A stretch of 64,000 nucleotides of DNA from Candidatus Hydrogenedentota bacterium (GCA_963674865.2 CAXXYE010000001.1:96001-160000), one strand, 5' to 3'; counted from the stretch's first letter, positions 48,618-58,869 are shown. Notes: a model not told the origin generated them from the letters alone. Made by a program: numbers and translations.

Positions 48618-51176
48618 GTGAGAAGTATCGAAGTGTTTGCTGCCGGTTCCTTGTTCCTTATCATCACGGCCTGTGTTTGCGGCACAGCCGTTGCCGATGA
48701 CGCCGCGCTTGACCTGGCCTCGGACTGGCGGTTTCAGGCCGATCCTGACAACCGGGGCGAGGCCGATGGCTGGTTCGCCACCGACTACGCCGCCGCCGCT
48801 TGGGCGCTTATTGACGCCGGAAAAAAATGGGAGGACCAAGGCTTCGCCGACCTCGATGGCCACGCCTGGTACCGCAAGTGGATCGATGTCCCTGCGTCAT
48901 GGCGCGACAAAGACGTCTGGATCGCCTTCGGCGGCGTCAACGATTCCTATACGCTCTACTGCAACGGAAGCCGCGTTGGCGCCTACGGCGACAAAGACAC
49001 GTACAGCACCGCCAAGATGGGGACCTCCGCCGACCTCACCGCTCTTATCCGCCCGGGCGAGCGCAATCTCATAACCGTTGACGTGTACGACTGGGCGCTG
49101 AGCGGAGGCATCTGGCGGCTCCCTTGCATCCTCACCACCGACCCGGCCAAGCTGCCCGAGGCCATACTCGTCGAGGGATATAGCTCCGTCGAGGATGAGG
49201 AGATCATCCTCCAGATTTTGCCCACCGGCCTCGGCGCCGAGCGGCCCAATATCCGCTTCACCATCGACCTGTATGTGGAAGGCCGGACGAAGCCGTTACA
49301 GACAACCACCGAAGTGCTGACGCCCGATCAAGCCGTACTCTACACCACCTTTCACGTCCGCGGCGGGAACGAGACGCGGGAATACACCTGTCGTACTGAG
49401 GGGCGCGCGGACAACGGCAAGCTCGTGCCCGGCACCGTTGCGCTGGCCGGCGTTGAATGGACGGGGGAAGCCCGCCCGGCGGCTGCGTACAAAGGAGCCA
49501 AGATCCTCAACAACTTCGTCGCGGAACTGCTCAACAAACGCTGCTCCAAACAGAGTGAGGACGAATACGTCTTCGCAAATCCTCGTGACGGCTGGGTGTT
49601 CATTTCACTTGACGCTTCCCGCGAAGGAGATAAACCTGTGTCGGCCTCCCGGCCCGAGGCCCATCTGGACGGCGGCGACGCCCTTGTCTGGCGGCCCTAT
49701 CCCGAGAGCGGCGCCCTCGAGGCCATGCGCTGCCTTCCCCAGGGAGAACACACGCTCCGCCTCGCGGAAGCTCAGGGAATGCGGCTCGTCGTTCGGGCGA
49801 TCCCCGAACTTATCTTCTGCTATTACCCCCTGAAGCCTGTTCTGCCCGAGCAGGCTACATACGATTGGGACTACATGGCCCGCCATGTCCTCTCAAACGT
49901 GAATGGCCTCGTAACGCATCCCGGTATGCCGTTGTCTGAGGAAGAGATCGATCAGTGGGCTCGCGAGGGCCGCAAGTGGATCGCGCGCGCCCCCTTGGCC
50001 GGACTCCACCAACCGGAGCCGCCCACGGCCGAGGCCGTCTATGCCAATTGGCGCGATGCCCTTGGTACGACCGATCCGCGCTTCTCCGGCCTTATCGTAG
50101 ACGAATTCATCAACTCGGGCACCATCGACTACTACAAGCCGTGGGCGGCAGGACTCGAAATGCTCGCGCACGATCCGAATTTCGAGGCCAAGACCTTCTA
50201 CGCATGGTGCGGCCTGATGGCGCGCTATGAGGCCACGGCGCCTTTCCGGCCCGTGATTACGAAGAATGGCTACCGCTTCGTCTGGGAGCAGTACATGCCG
50301 GAGCAAGTTAGCCTTGCCGACGCGCGGTGCTACTTGCTCCGGCGGCTCGTGGCGCACTCCCGCGTGTGGGAGAAGAAAGATCCCGGCGCCGCGCCGCACA
50401 TCGTCCAGTGCCCGGCCCTCTTCTGCGCGCCGCCAAGCACCGTCAACCTGAATCCCGGCGTCGACTACAGAGTCTACCTCGACATGCAATTCCGCATTAT
50501 GGCGACTGAACCTGCCCTCTGGGGGCAAGCCGGCGTATTACCTTGGACGGCCAACTACGCCGACGAGGATGTCCTCCGCTGGATCAGCCGCCTGGAGAGG
50601 CACTACTGCATCGAAGGCCGGCGTACGCCGATGTCCCAAGATCCCTACCTGCTGCCGCACCTCAAGAACACCGATTTTGACGAGGGCCTCAAGCATTGGG
50701 CCGCTGACTCCGCTGCACCCGGAGCGATCACGGCCGAGTACCGGCGGGGCTTTGGTGAGAGTCAGGGCCGCTACGGCATGGCCGGCGCCGGCAACCATTT
50801 CATTCTGGTGCGGCAATCGCCTGATCGCGCCAACTACATCCGGCAACCTGTCAGGGCGCTGACGCCCGGCCGGCTCTATTCTCTAAAGCTCATCGCGGCC
50901 GACCTCGCCCATCCCGCGTGTGAAGAGATACTCCCGATATCCATCCAACTGGCCGATGCGGATGTGCGGGACGGACTATCCTACGTGTCACGCTATCACG
51001 GGCGAAATCTCGCCGTTGAGGAGGGCAAGAACATTCGCCCCGATTTCGATTATCATCGGCTGGTTTTCATGGCGACGGCCTCCGAGACGACTCTGACAAT
51101 CGCCGATCAGCCAGGCGCCGAAGGGCGCGAACTGGCCATCAACTTCGTCGAATTGCAGCCGTACGATGCGCCTTAG
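48618..51176 (+). CDS. Secreted protein with an N-terminal GH2-type sugar-binding domain and an unknown catalytic region
   Basis: Signal peptide ...GTAVA. WRF..DP...G...GW, DG.AWYR, FGGVND and GGIW. C-terminal N.DF..GL..W CBM-like domain. Confidence 0.7.
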   Translation: MRSIEVFAAGSLFLIITACVCGTAVADDAALDLASDWRFQADPDNRGEADGWFATDYAAAAWALIDAGKKWEDQGFADLDGHAWYRKWIDVPASWRDKDVWIAFGGVNDSYTLYCNGSRVGAYGDKDTYSTAKMGTSADLTALIRPGERNLITVDVYDWALSGGIWRLPCILTTDPAKLPEAILVEGYSSVEDEEIILQILPTGLGAERPNIRFTIDLYVEGRTKPLQTTTEVLTPDQAVLYTTFHVRGGNETREYTCRTEGRADNGKLVPGTVALAGVEWTGEARPAAAYKGAKILNNFVAELLNKRCSKQSEDEYVFANPRDGWVFISLDASREGDKPVSASRPEAHLDGGDALVWRPYPESGALEAMRCLPQGEHTLRLAEAQGMRLVVRAIPELIFCYYPLKPVLPEQATYDWDYMARHVLSNVNGLVTHPGMPLSEEEIDQWAREGRKWIARAPLAGLHQPEPPTAEAVYANWRDALGTTDPRFSGLIVDEFINSGTIDYYKPWAAGLEMLAHDPNFEAKTFYAWCGLMARYEATAPFRPVITKNGYRFVWEQYMPEQVSLADARCYLLRRLVAHSRVWEKKDPGAAPHIVQCPALFCAPPSTVNLNPGVDYRVYLDMQFRIMATEPALWGQAGVLPWTANYADEDVLRWISRLERHYCIEGRRTPMSQDPYLLPHLKNTDFDEGLKHWAADSAAPGAITAEYRRGFGESQGRYGMAGAGNHFILVRQSPDRANYIRQPVRALTPGRLYSLKLIAADLAHPACEEILPISIQLADADVRDGLSYVSRYHGRNLAVEEGKNIRPDFDYHRLVFMATASETTLTIADQPGAEGRELAINFVELQPYDAP

Positions 51177-51249
51177 CAAAGACTCTCGCAAGTAGGTGCC
51201 GTATTGCTCCAAGAGTACGCGGAGTACGTGAAGGAATGCCGGAAGAAGA

Positions 51250-51302
51250 GGGGACATGTTCCAAGCGCCGTCCCCGGCGCGACAACGTGTCCCTCTTTCG
51301 GA
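51250..51302. repeat. Palindromic 50-bp repeat, copy 2
   Basis: About 3 mismatches to 48475-48524, in the same orientation. Confidence 0.8.
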
Positions 51303-51431
51303 TGGGCCGTGCTTTATGGCGGACTCGTAAGTGTGTTTGAAGGGCGCATCGCGCACCAATAATGCTCGGTGTTCGATGGCACGTTCTTGTCGTGATATCG
51401 CTGTCTCGGATCTCACCGAATGGAGAGAAAC

Positions 51432-52316
51432 ATGGAAGACATCATTGTCGGCGTCATTCAGATGAACGCCCCCTGCGGACGGATCGAGGAGAACCTCGCG
51501 AGGCACGATGCCCTGGCCAGGAAGGCCGCGAAGCGGGGGGCGGAACTGATCTGCTTCCCCGAGCTTAGTATCAGCGGGCACTACGTGGACGCCGCCGCAT
51601 GGAAATGCGGCGAACCTGTCCCCGGAGGGCCTTCCTGCCGCGCCATCGAGGCCCTTGCCCGCGAGTTGAACGTCTTCATCTCCGCCGGCATCGGCGAGCG
51701 GCGCGGCAACGCCACCTACAATACGCAATTCCTCGTCGGGCCCGGCGGATATATCGGCAAGTACAGCAAGACGCACGCCTCCGGCGATGAATACTTCTAC
51801 TTCAGCATGGGTGCTGAGTTCCCCGTCTTCGACATCGGGAAGTGCAAAGTCGGCATGCTTGTATGCTACGACATCGCCTTTCCCGAAGTGGCGCGGATAC
51901 TCGCGCTCAACGGCGCTGAGGTGATTCTCGCGCCGCACGCGTCCCGCTGCGGCCAAACCAAGCCTGCGGAAGAGCGGCAGCGCGTGATGAACATGCTCAA
52001 GTTCTATGATCGCGTCGGCTGGGCCCGCGCCAACGACAACGGCGTATTCATGATCATGAATAATCAGTCCGGTGATGCAGGCAAGCATTTGAAGTTGAAC
52101 ATCGTTCACGGCGGCGGCATGCTCGTGAAAGGCCCTGACGGCGAGACTATCTCCCGATCCAGGCGGCGGCGCTTCGGCGAAGAAGTAATGATAGCTGAAC
52201 TGAAGGCGGAGGACTTCGTCAAGAACCACGCCCGCCGCTGTCATCCCATGCAGACGCGCCGCCCGGAGATCTACGGCCGTATCGCCGATACCTCGGGCCT
52301 TTTAGACAGAACCTAG
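51432..52316 (+). CDS. Carbon-nitrogen hydrolase (nitrilase superfamily)
   Basis: Catalytic triad motifs FPE, YSKTH and VCYD. Confidence 0.92.
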   Translation: MEDIIVGVIQMNAPCGRIEENLARHDALARKAAKRGAELICFPELSISGHYVDAAAWKCGEPVPGGPSCRAIEALARELNVFISAGIGERRGNATYNTQFLVGPGGYIGKYSKTHASGDEYFYFSMGAEFPVFDIGKCKVGMLVCYDIAFPEVARILALNGAEVILAPHASRCGQTKPAEERQRVMNMLKFYDRVGWARANDNGVFMIMNNQSGDAGKHLKLNIVHGGGMLVKGPDGETISRSRRRRFGEEVMIAELKAEDFVKNHARRCHPMQTRRPEIYGRIADTSGLLDRT

Positions 52317-52348
52317 ACGAAAACGACAGGCACAAAGGAGTACACAAC

Positions 52349-53545
52349 ATGACGGAGGTCGAACTCTTCCGAGTACGCACCGCGCTGCTTCAGGCGTTCC
52401 TGCGCGATAACGGCTACGACGGTATCCTCTTGACCCGGCCCGATAGCTACGCCATGGCCACTGGCGGCAAGCGCAACTACATCTACGTCGCTTCCGACGC
52501 CGGCGCGAATGCGCTGTTTATCACCAAAGAGGGAAACGTCTACTTCGTGGGCAATACCATCGAGGAGCCGCGCCAGATGGCCGAGGAACTCGGCCAGCTC
52601 GGCTGCGAAGTCCGCGATTTCCTGTGGTTTGCCGATACGCCCGCGGGAGTGATCGGCAAAGAGTTCAGCGGCACGCTTGTGTCCGATGACGGCTCCCTCG
52701 GCAAGAATGTCAACGGCGAGTTGGCCGCCATCAAGGCGCTCCTTACTCCCGAGGAACTCGAGCGGTACCGCCGCCTCGGAGCCCTTTCCGCCGATGCTAT
52801 GACGGCCACTATCGACGCCATCGAGCCGGGCATGCGCGAGACCGATATTGCCGCGCGGCTGATCGCCGAAGGCGCGGGACGCCGCTGCGTTGTCCCCGTG
52901 GCTCTCGTCGCGGCCGATGAGCGCATCGAGCGCTTCCGCCATCCTTTGCCGACTGAGGCGCCGCTTACGCAAGGCAGTCTCGCCGAACGCTCGGTGAAAG
53001 GCTACGTGATGGTTGTCGGCTGTTTCCTGAGGGAAGGCCTGGTTGTCTCCATCACGCGATTCAAGCGCGTAGGGGAGATCGGTGGCCAGGTTCCCGGCGC
53101 CTACGCTCGCGTCTGCGGCGTCGATGCCTTGATGCAGGAGGCCACCGCGCCCGGAAAGACCTTGGGTGATGTGTTTGCTGTTTGCCAACAAGCCTACGCC
53201 GACCTTGGCTTCCCCAAGAACGAGTGGCACAATCACCATCAGGGCGGCGCGACAGGTTATGCCGGCCGCACCTGCAAGGGCTCGCCCGGCGAGTCCTTCC
53301 CGATACTCGACACGCTCGGCTGGGCCGGAAAAGTCAAAGACATTGCCGGCATCGACGTGGCCTTCGGCAACGCCTTCGCTTGGAACCCATCCGCCGTCGG
53401 CGTCAAATCCGAAGACACTTTCATTCTCTTGCCTGACGGCTCGAAGGAGATCGTGACGGCCACGCCCGCATTCCCCAAAGTCGACCTGGACGGCGTACTC
53501 GGACGCCGCACGGAGGTCGTGAAATCCGCGATTGCCGGTACGTAG
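52349..53545 (+). CDS. M24/creatinase-fold protein
   Basis: Creatinase-type N-domain, PGM.E.DIAA, SITR, HHQGG..GY, WNPS and KSEDT. Confidence 0.8.
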   Translation: MTEVELFRVRTALLQAFLRDNGYDGILLTRPDSYAMATGGKRNYIYVASDAGANALFITKEGNVYFVGNTIEEPRQMAEELGQLGCEVRDFLWFADTPAGVIGKEFSGTLVSDDGSLGKNVNGELAAIKALLTPEELERYRRLGALSADAMTATIDAIEPGMRETDIAARLIAEGAGRRCVVPVALVAADERIERFRHPLPTEAPLTQGSLAERSVKGYVMVVGCFLREGLVVSITRFKRVGEIGGQVPGAYARVCGVDALMQEATAPGKTLGDVFAVCQQAYADLGFPKNEWHNHHQGGATGYAGRTCKGSPGESFPILDTLGWAGKVKDIAGIDVAFGNAFAWNPSAVGVKSEDTFILLPDGSKEIVTATPAFPKVDLDGVLGRRTEVVKSAIAGT

Positions 53546-53596
53546 CGGCCGAGTCTTTCTAACTCTGCACCAAAGCATAGAAACGAGGATAGTTGT

Positions 53597-54823
53597 ATGC
53601 CCATGATTCCGCGGCCGGACCTCCTGACGGACGACGCGCGAGACGGCCTGGAGCTGTTTCAGTTGACTGACGAGCCGCTGCCGTCATGCCATGTCTACAT
53701 GGAAGCCCAGATCTTCACGCCTGACTCGAAACGCTTTGTCCTTCACCGCGGCGCGAACCCGCACGGCGCCGATAGAACGGATCCTGAGCATCGCTATATG
53801 CTCTGCGACCTCGAGAACGGCGGCGCCCTGTCGCCCCTTACGGATGAGATCGGTGCCATCGCCCCATCCCTTACGCCCGACGGAAAGACTATGTACTACT
53901 TCGTCGATGAAACCAGCTCCGAGGAAGGGCGGCTTACGCTGAAACGCGTGAATCTCGACGGAACCGCCCGCGAGACGCTACTCGTCATCGACGGCCCCAT
54001 CCCCGGTGCATCGCATCAGCCTCGCCACCTGTATTCCTTGTCCACCATCCGCTCCGACGGCAAGAGCCTGGCCTCTTCCGCCTTCCTTGGCGATGGCTCC
54101 ACTCCCGATGCCCCCTTTGGCCTGCTCGTCATCGACCTTGAGGAACTCACTCCGAGAATAGTCCTTTCGGGCCCCACTTGGCTCAATCTTCATGCCCAAT
54201 ACTCGCGCTCACTTGACGACCCTCACTATCGCGATATCCTTGTCCAGGAGAACCACGGCTGTCATTCCGATGCCGAAGGAAAGATTGTCAAACTCGTCGG
54301 GGGAGACGGGGCCGAGATTCACGTCGTGCGCGACGATGGCGATGATTTCCGTAGTCTCCCCTGGGGGCGCGACGGCAGGGAGTTCTGCCAGGGGCACCAG
54401 TGCTGGCATGGGCGCGGCATTACCGCCATCACCGCCGCCGACGACAAGACGAATGGCCGAAGAGACCTCGTAGAGTCCCCCGTATGCCCCTTCGCGGGAC
54501 ACATCGGCAACCAATCCCCCGGCGGCACACGCAACCTGCTCTCGCGCGATGTCGAGGCGCCCCGATTTGTTCATTTCGCCACCGACATCGCCGGCGAGTC
54601 TTTTGTAACCGATGCCTTGACGGACGATATCCAGTGGCTTGTCTACACGGCCAACTTCGACGCAGATCCGGAGGCCCCATTGCGGAACTGGCGCCATATC
54701 GCCAACACCGGCTCGTCAAAGGGCCTCCACCCGCATCCATTCCTTTCGCCCGACGGCCGCTGCGCCTTCTTCAACTCCGACGAGACAGGCCACGCGCAGG
54801 CATACATGGTGACGCTCGTGTAA
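53597..54823 (+). CDS. Oligogalacturonate lyase (PL22)-like beta-propeller
   Basis: H.Y.....FTPD, H.Q, GHQCW and HPHPFLSPDG....FNSD. Confidence 0.7.
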   Translation: MPMIPRPDLLTDDARDGLELFQLTDEPLPSCHVYMEAQIFTPDSKRFVLHRGANPHGADRTDPEHRYMLCDLENGGALSPLTDEIGAIAPSLTPDGKTMYYFVDETSSEEGRLTLKRVNLDGTARETLLVIDGPIPGASHQPRHLYSLSTIRSDGKSLASSAFLGDGSTPDAPFGLLVIDLEELTPRIVLSGPTWLNLHAQYSRSLDDPHYRDILVQENHGCHSDAEGKIVKLVGGDGAEIHVVRDDGDDFRSLPWGRDGREFCQGHQCWHGRGITAITAADDKTNGRRDLVESPVCPFAGHIGNQSPGGTRNLLSRDVEAPRFVHFATDIAGESFVTDALTDDIQWLVYTANFDADPEAPLRNWRHIANTGSSKGLHPHPFLSPDGRCAFFNSDETGHAQAYMVTLV

Positions 54824-54842
54824 CGCCTATCGAGACACCGGC

Positions 54843-54881
54843 AAAGAAGAAAGGGGCGCGCTTTCAGACGAAAGCGCGCCC
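54843..54881 (-). terminator. Intrinsic terminator between convergent genes
   Basis: GGGCGCGCTTTC-AGAC-GAAAGCGCGCCC, with a T-rich tail on the minus strand. Confidence 0.75.
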
Positions 54882-54909
54882 ATGCTGTAAGTAGTTGTTG
54901 TTGTAAGGG

Positions 54910-55509
54910 TTACTCTACCGTAAACGGCGACGAGCCAGACACGGTATTCTGGGCCGTTTGCACCACTTGGAAGATCTCGTACGTGCCCGGTGCGGTATTC
55001 GCGGGGATCTTGAACTGCTGCGTGCTCACCCATGTCCCATCGGCGCGCGTCATCTGCTTCGACGAAACCTGCGACACTACCTCGCTGCCGCGCCTCAACG
55101 TCCGCGTCTCCGTGACGGTTGTGCCGGCCCCCGTGCCCAGGAGCGCATACTGAATCGATGCCTCGATCATGTTGCCCCGGTCGACCACGGAGGGGAGGGC
55201 CTGCACGCTCTCCAGCGTCAGCATCTCGCCCTGTGTGGGCTGGTAATTGTACTCCTCCACCGTTGCTTCCCGGCTCTTCTGCCGCTTCACCCGGATATCC
55301 TTGGCTACGACGCCTGTCAGCGCGCCGACCACGGCCCCGATGGCCGCGCCCTCACCTGCATGGCCGGACTGATTCCCGATGATCGCGCCCGCGCCCGCGC
55401 CCAGAAGGCCGCCCGCTGCCGCGGAGCCGCCGTACGTCTGACAACCCGTGGCGGCCAGCGCCATCGAAACCACCGCAACGCATAATCCGTAGTAAATCGC
55501 TCTCTTCAT
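54910..55509 (-). CDS. Glycine-zipper lipoprotein
   Basis: ATGC lipobox and GA.AGA.IG...GAAIGA..GA glycine zipper. Confidence 0.85.
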   Translation of the reverse strand: MKRAIYYGLCVAVVSMALAATGCQTYGGSAAAGGLLGAGAGAIIGNQSGHAGEGAAIGAVVGALTGVVAKDIRVKRQKSREATVEEYNYQPTQGEMLTLESVQALPSVVDRGNMIEASIQYALLGTGAGTTVTETRTLRRGSEVVSQVSSKQMTRADGTWVSTQQFKIPANTAPGTYEIFQVVQTAQNTVSGSSPFTVE

Positions 55510-55634
55510 GGACAGTCCCTCTCAAAGTGCGAACTTCTGCAATTGCCCTTGTTCTGTTCTCATTATACACGCGGGTAGTGCCAAACAATACAAGATAGCG
55601 TGGGGGGGAGCCCCGAGCGAGCGACCTCACGGGA

Positions 55635-58007
55635 CTACATGTGCTTCTTCGTTCCGTACCACTGACTGCCGCCGTGATCGAGATGCATCACCGGAATGCC
55701 GCTCAACCGCTTCTCCCGCCCGTACTTCTGGCGTACCGCGACCCCGAAACGCCAGTCGGCGCCCTCGAAGTGGTCGAGTTCCTCGTAGGGAATCTCGGCA
55801 AGGCATTCGGCCCGGATACACTGGCAGAAACCGATGGGTACGCTTATCGCCTCCCTCAGGCGAAACTCGCCCGCGCCCTCGAGGAGTTCATTCCATTGCC
55901 GCTGCGGGTCGATCTCCCCCAACAAGATGGCCGCTGTGGTGTCCTTGGACAGCATTTTCCGCCCATCCGGAGCGATAAAATGGCAGTCTGCCTCGATTTC
56001 CTCGATGCGCGAGAACATCCGAGGATGGAGGATCGTGTCCGAGTCCAGCAGCATGATCCACTCGCCCGACGCCAGCCGACGCGCCTCGTTGATCATGAAG
56101 CCCTTCGAGCGGGCGTTTTCTTCGGAAAACGGAGCCCGGACAATGCGTAACTCAGGGTATGTCAAGGACATACTGTCGATGAGATCGTCCGTGGCGTCGA
56201 TGCCCGGCACGTACGCGATCACCACCTCGATCCGACTGAAATCGAATGCTTCCTGCCGCGCGATACTCCTGAGCACCGCCTGCAACCGGCGGGCGTAGCG
56301 TGTGCTGACAATGAGAACCGAGTACTTGACCCCTGCCTCGATGGCGGCCTCGTCTTTCGCTCCCTGCCAAATCCGCACCGTCTGCGTAACCACCTCGAGG
56401 TCGATGTTCCACACCGAGATACGCGGCTCGAGCACGCTGCCCAGCCGCGTAGGCACGTAGTGGGCGCCCTCGAATTCCATCGGCTGCACCGGCACGCCGT
56501 CTCTGAGCAGCGCGTACCGCCCCTCGGCGTTCACGTGAAGCACAAGCTGATGCGAATACTCGATCATGGGGCAAACCAGCTTGCAGTGCCGTCCCAAGCT
56601 GAAGCCGATATAGTCGGCCATCCCGCCCCCGAACGTCACGGCCACCGTCAACGGCGGCGCCGTTCGCGTCAGGATGCTGCTGACTTTCTCCGTGTTCGTT
56701 ACCGAGAACCACCGGACGCCCCCCGGCATCGCGTGCGTCCATTGCCCCTCGATCTTGTACTCGAACGAATCCACCTCGATGTCGGGCGGGGTGCCGTTCG
56801 TCAGCTCCATGGCCTCTTTCGCCAGCGAAGCCGCGGTTTCGCTCATGGTGCTCCGATCGCGGTCAACGGCGTCACAGTACTTCCGCTGGTTTCGGCAGAA
56901 CCGCAGCGGGTCCAGCACCAATTCCCCCGGCTCGGCGGTTACCGCGACCCCGGGCAGCGCCTCCTTGAAAAGAGGCGAGTCATGATCGCAAATTCGCCGT
57001 AGCGAGCAGGTTCGGCACATCGGCCCCATATTCTGCTGGGCTTTTCGCGCCGTCTCCGCGAGAACGTACTGATAGATGTCCGCGGAACTGCCGCGCGGCT
57101 TCGGCGTGCTCCGGAAAATCCGCATATGCCGCGTGATCTTGCGAAAGAACCACACCCGCAAGTTGAACCAAGGCCGGAAAGCCAGCCACGGGAACAACTT
57201 ACTGTCCACGGGATTCCGGAACGACGTATGCTGCGCTAGCAGAATCAGGATGATCTTGCTCCCCGTGATGGGGCCGCGCCTGTGCAAGAGCTTGGCCATC
57301 TCGTACGAGGTCTTGTGATACTGCTGGTGGTCGGTGAAGAATTGTTGGCTGTTTTGAGCGAAAACGCGCGTTTTTTCGTCAATCAGGCACAAAGGCAGGC
57401 CAATAAGGTTCACTTCCACATCATGCTCGTCGAGCGCCGTCGCCAAGGCGTGCATTTGGCGAATGGTGGCCTTACTCTCATCCGCGTTGCGGCAGGAGCG
57501 CGTCCCGTCAAACGGGTCTCCCACGGCCAGGTTCACAACCTTCACGCTGCCTTCTGCGAGGATCTGGGCCAGTTTCTCCGCGTCGAGGTCTGCCGGGAAT
57601 GGCGCCCTCAGTTGGAGTCGCACAGGCAACTGCACGCGGCGGCAGGCCTCAAACCAGGCTGCCAACGCCGCTGGATCGTGCCCTTCCGGGCACAAAAACA
57701 CATCGAAGAGCCCTTTTTTCGCCAATTCCGGCAGGTTTTCGGGCGGTCGAGGCGCGGCGGTGCGGAGCGAAAGGCGGACGTCGAGCAACTCCGCATGCTC
57801 CAGCAAGCTGTAGAGCTTATCCTCGTGGCCGGGAGCCACCAGAACGTCTATCTTGTCCGTCTTGTAAACCAGACGGTTGATCCGAATCCAGCGTTTCAGG
57901 TCCGTTGCCGAGTAGGGCTTCCCCCTGTTGTTCTGGAGGGCGACAAGACCTCGGACGGGAAGAAGCCGTTCCTCTCGTACCTCCACCTCAGACATGACGG
58001 AACTCAC
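55635..58007 (-). CDS. GT2 glycosyltransferase with a large N-terminal radical-SAM-like extension
   Basis: C-terminal SVLI...L.SI..Q, IEVVI and N.....ASGEWIMLLDSD. N-terminal LPLC and CxxCx5C motifs. Confidence 0.75.
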   Translation of the reverse strand: MSSVMSEVEVREERLLPVRGLVALQNNRGKPYSATDLKRWIRINRLVYKTDKIDVLVAPGHEDKLYSLLEHAELLDVRLSLRTAAPRPPENLPELAKKGLFDVFLCPEGHDPAALAAWFEACRRVQLPVRLQLRAPFPADLDAEKLAQILAEGSVKVVNLAVGDPFDGTRSCRNADESKATIRQMHALATALDEHDVEVNLIGLPLCLIDEKTRVFAQNSQQFFTDHQQYHKTSYEMAKLLHRRGPITGSKIILILLAQHTSFRNPVDSKLFPWLAFRPWFNLRVWFFRKITRHMRIFRSTPKPRGSSADIYQYVLAETARKAQQNMGPMCRTCSLRRICDHDSPLFKEALPGVAVTAEPGELVLDPLRFCRNQRKYCDAVDRDRSTMSETAASLAKEAMELTNGTPPDIEVDSFEYKIEGQWTHAMPGGVRWFSVTNTEKVSSILTRTAPPLTVAVTFGGGMADYIGFSLGRHCKLVCPMIEYSHQLVLHVNAEGRYALLRDGVPVQPMEFEGAHYVPTRLGSVLEPRISVWNIDLEVVTQTVRIWQGAKDEAAIEAGVKYSVLIVSTRYARRLQAVLRSIARQEAFDFSRIEVVIAYVPGIDATDDLIDSMSLTYPELRIVRAPFSEENARSKGFMINEARRLASGEWIMLLDSDTILHPRMFSRIEEIEADCHFIAPDGRKMLSKDTTAAILLGEIDPQRQWNELLEGAGEFRLREAISVPIGFCQCIRAECLAEIPYEELDHFEGADWRFGVAVRQKYGREKRLSGIPVMHLDHGGSQWYGTKKHM

Positions 58008-58173
58008 TCATATTCGGATACTTAGCCCCTCTTGTGCATCTTGGATCCGCAGTCGAGACTATAGTCAGCCAGGGAAGAAATTGTCAAACCTGCCGCGTAC
58101 TTGCGGAGAAGCGAAAAGCTCCGTTCGGCGCGTGTTTCTGGGCGCGTGCCGCCCGACGTAATGTTCAACAGCC

Positions 58174-58833
58174 TCACTCCGCCTCGACGGCGTCCTCGCG
58201 CTCTTCTTGCACATGTTGGACCTCGACGGGCGGGGGGGAGGCCGCGGGCGGCGGTTCGGTGGCGAAGGTGAACTCCATCTGCTGATGCCGGACGAGCCGG
58301 TACCGTTTCAGCAGGCGGAGCATATGAAGCGTGGGGGAGAGGGCATAACTGCCGTTGGCGCTCACGTTGCTCAACAGGTTTCGGAGAATGGCCCCGAATT
58401 CCAGGACGTGTCCTACACCCGCCTCCTGAAGTAAGGAGATGGAGCGCTCGCGCTGATCCTGGCTCTGCGGCAGCTCGGAGACTACCAGGATCGTGGTGAA
58501 GTCCATTCCGCCAAAGACATCGCCCGCCAGGGCCGTTGACTGGCTGTCGGCGAATTGCGTCAGGACGGGATTTGACTCGACCACGGAGGGATACAGGCGA
58601 TCTCCATGCCATGCGCGCACATCAACCATGGCGCGGGCGACGCGGTGAATTTCGGTAGGATTGATGGCGAACTCGAGATCGCCGGGCAAGGCGGCATTGG
58701 TGTTCTGAACAAACAGCAAGACGGCGTGATCACTGGCGTAAGGCCGAACTTGGCCAGGCGGCCAATACGTCATGGCCTGAAACATGTTCAGCTCGAAGAA
58801 TTCCCGGACAATCTGTACGTCAACATCGCTCAT
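58174..58833 (-). CDS. Conserved-looking hypothetical protein
   Basis: D..IVREFFE.N.F and V.VRAWH motifs. Co-oriented behind the TPR gene and aroB. Confidence 0.75.
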   Translation of the reverse strand: MSDVDVQIVREFFELNMFQAMTYWPPGQVRPYASDHAVLLFVQNTNAALPGDLEFAINPTEIHRVARAMVDVRAWHGDRLYPSVVESNPVLTQFADSQSTALAGDVFGGMDFTTILVVSELPQSQDQRERSISLLQEAGVGHVLEFGAILRNLLSNVSANGSYALSPTLHMLRLLKRYRLVRHQQMEFTFATEPPPAASPPPVEVQHVQEEREDAVEAE

Positions 58834-58869
58834 GGCATGCTCCACGGCGGTCCGGCCGCCGTCCGCCGC

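Noticed and set aside
48475..51302. Integron attC sites
   Set aside because: No RYYYAAC/GTTRRRY ends and no integrase.
50988..53578. 418-aa and 421-aa minus-strand ORFs
   Set aside because: Antisense shadows of the nitrilase and M24 genes.
54887..54913. dif-like GTAA-N19-TTAC site (weaker look-alikes near 60-115)
   Set aside because: Arms are too degenerate and there is no recombinase nearby, so it cannot be distinguished from chance.
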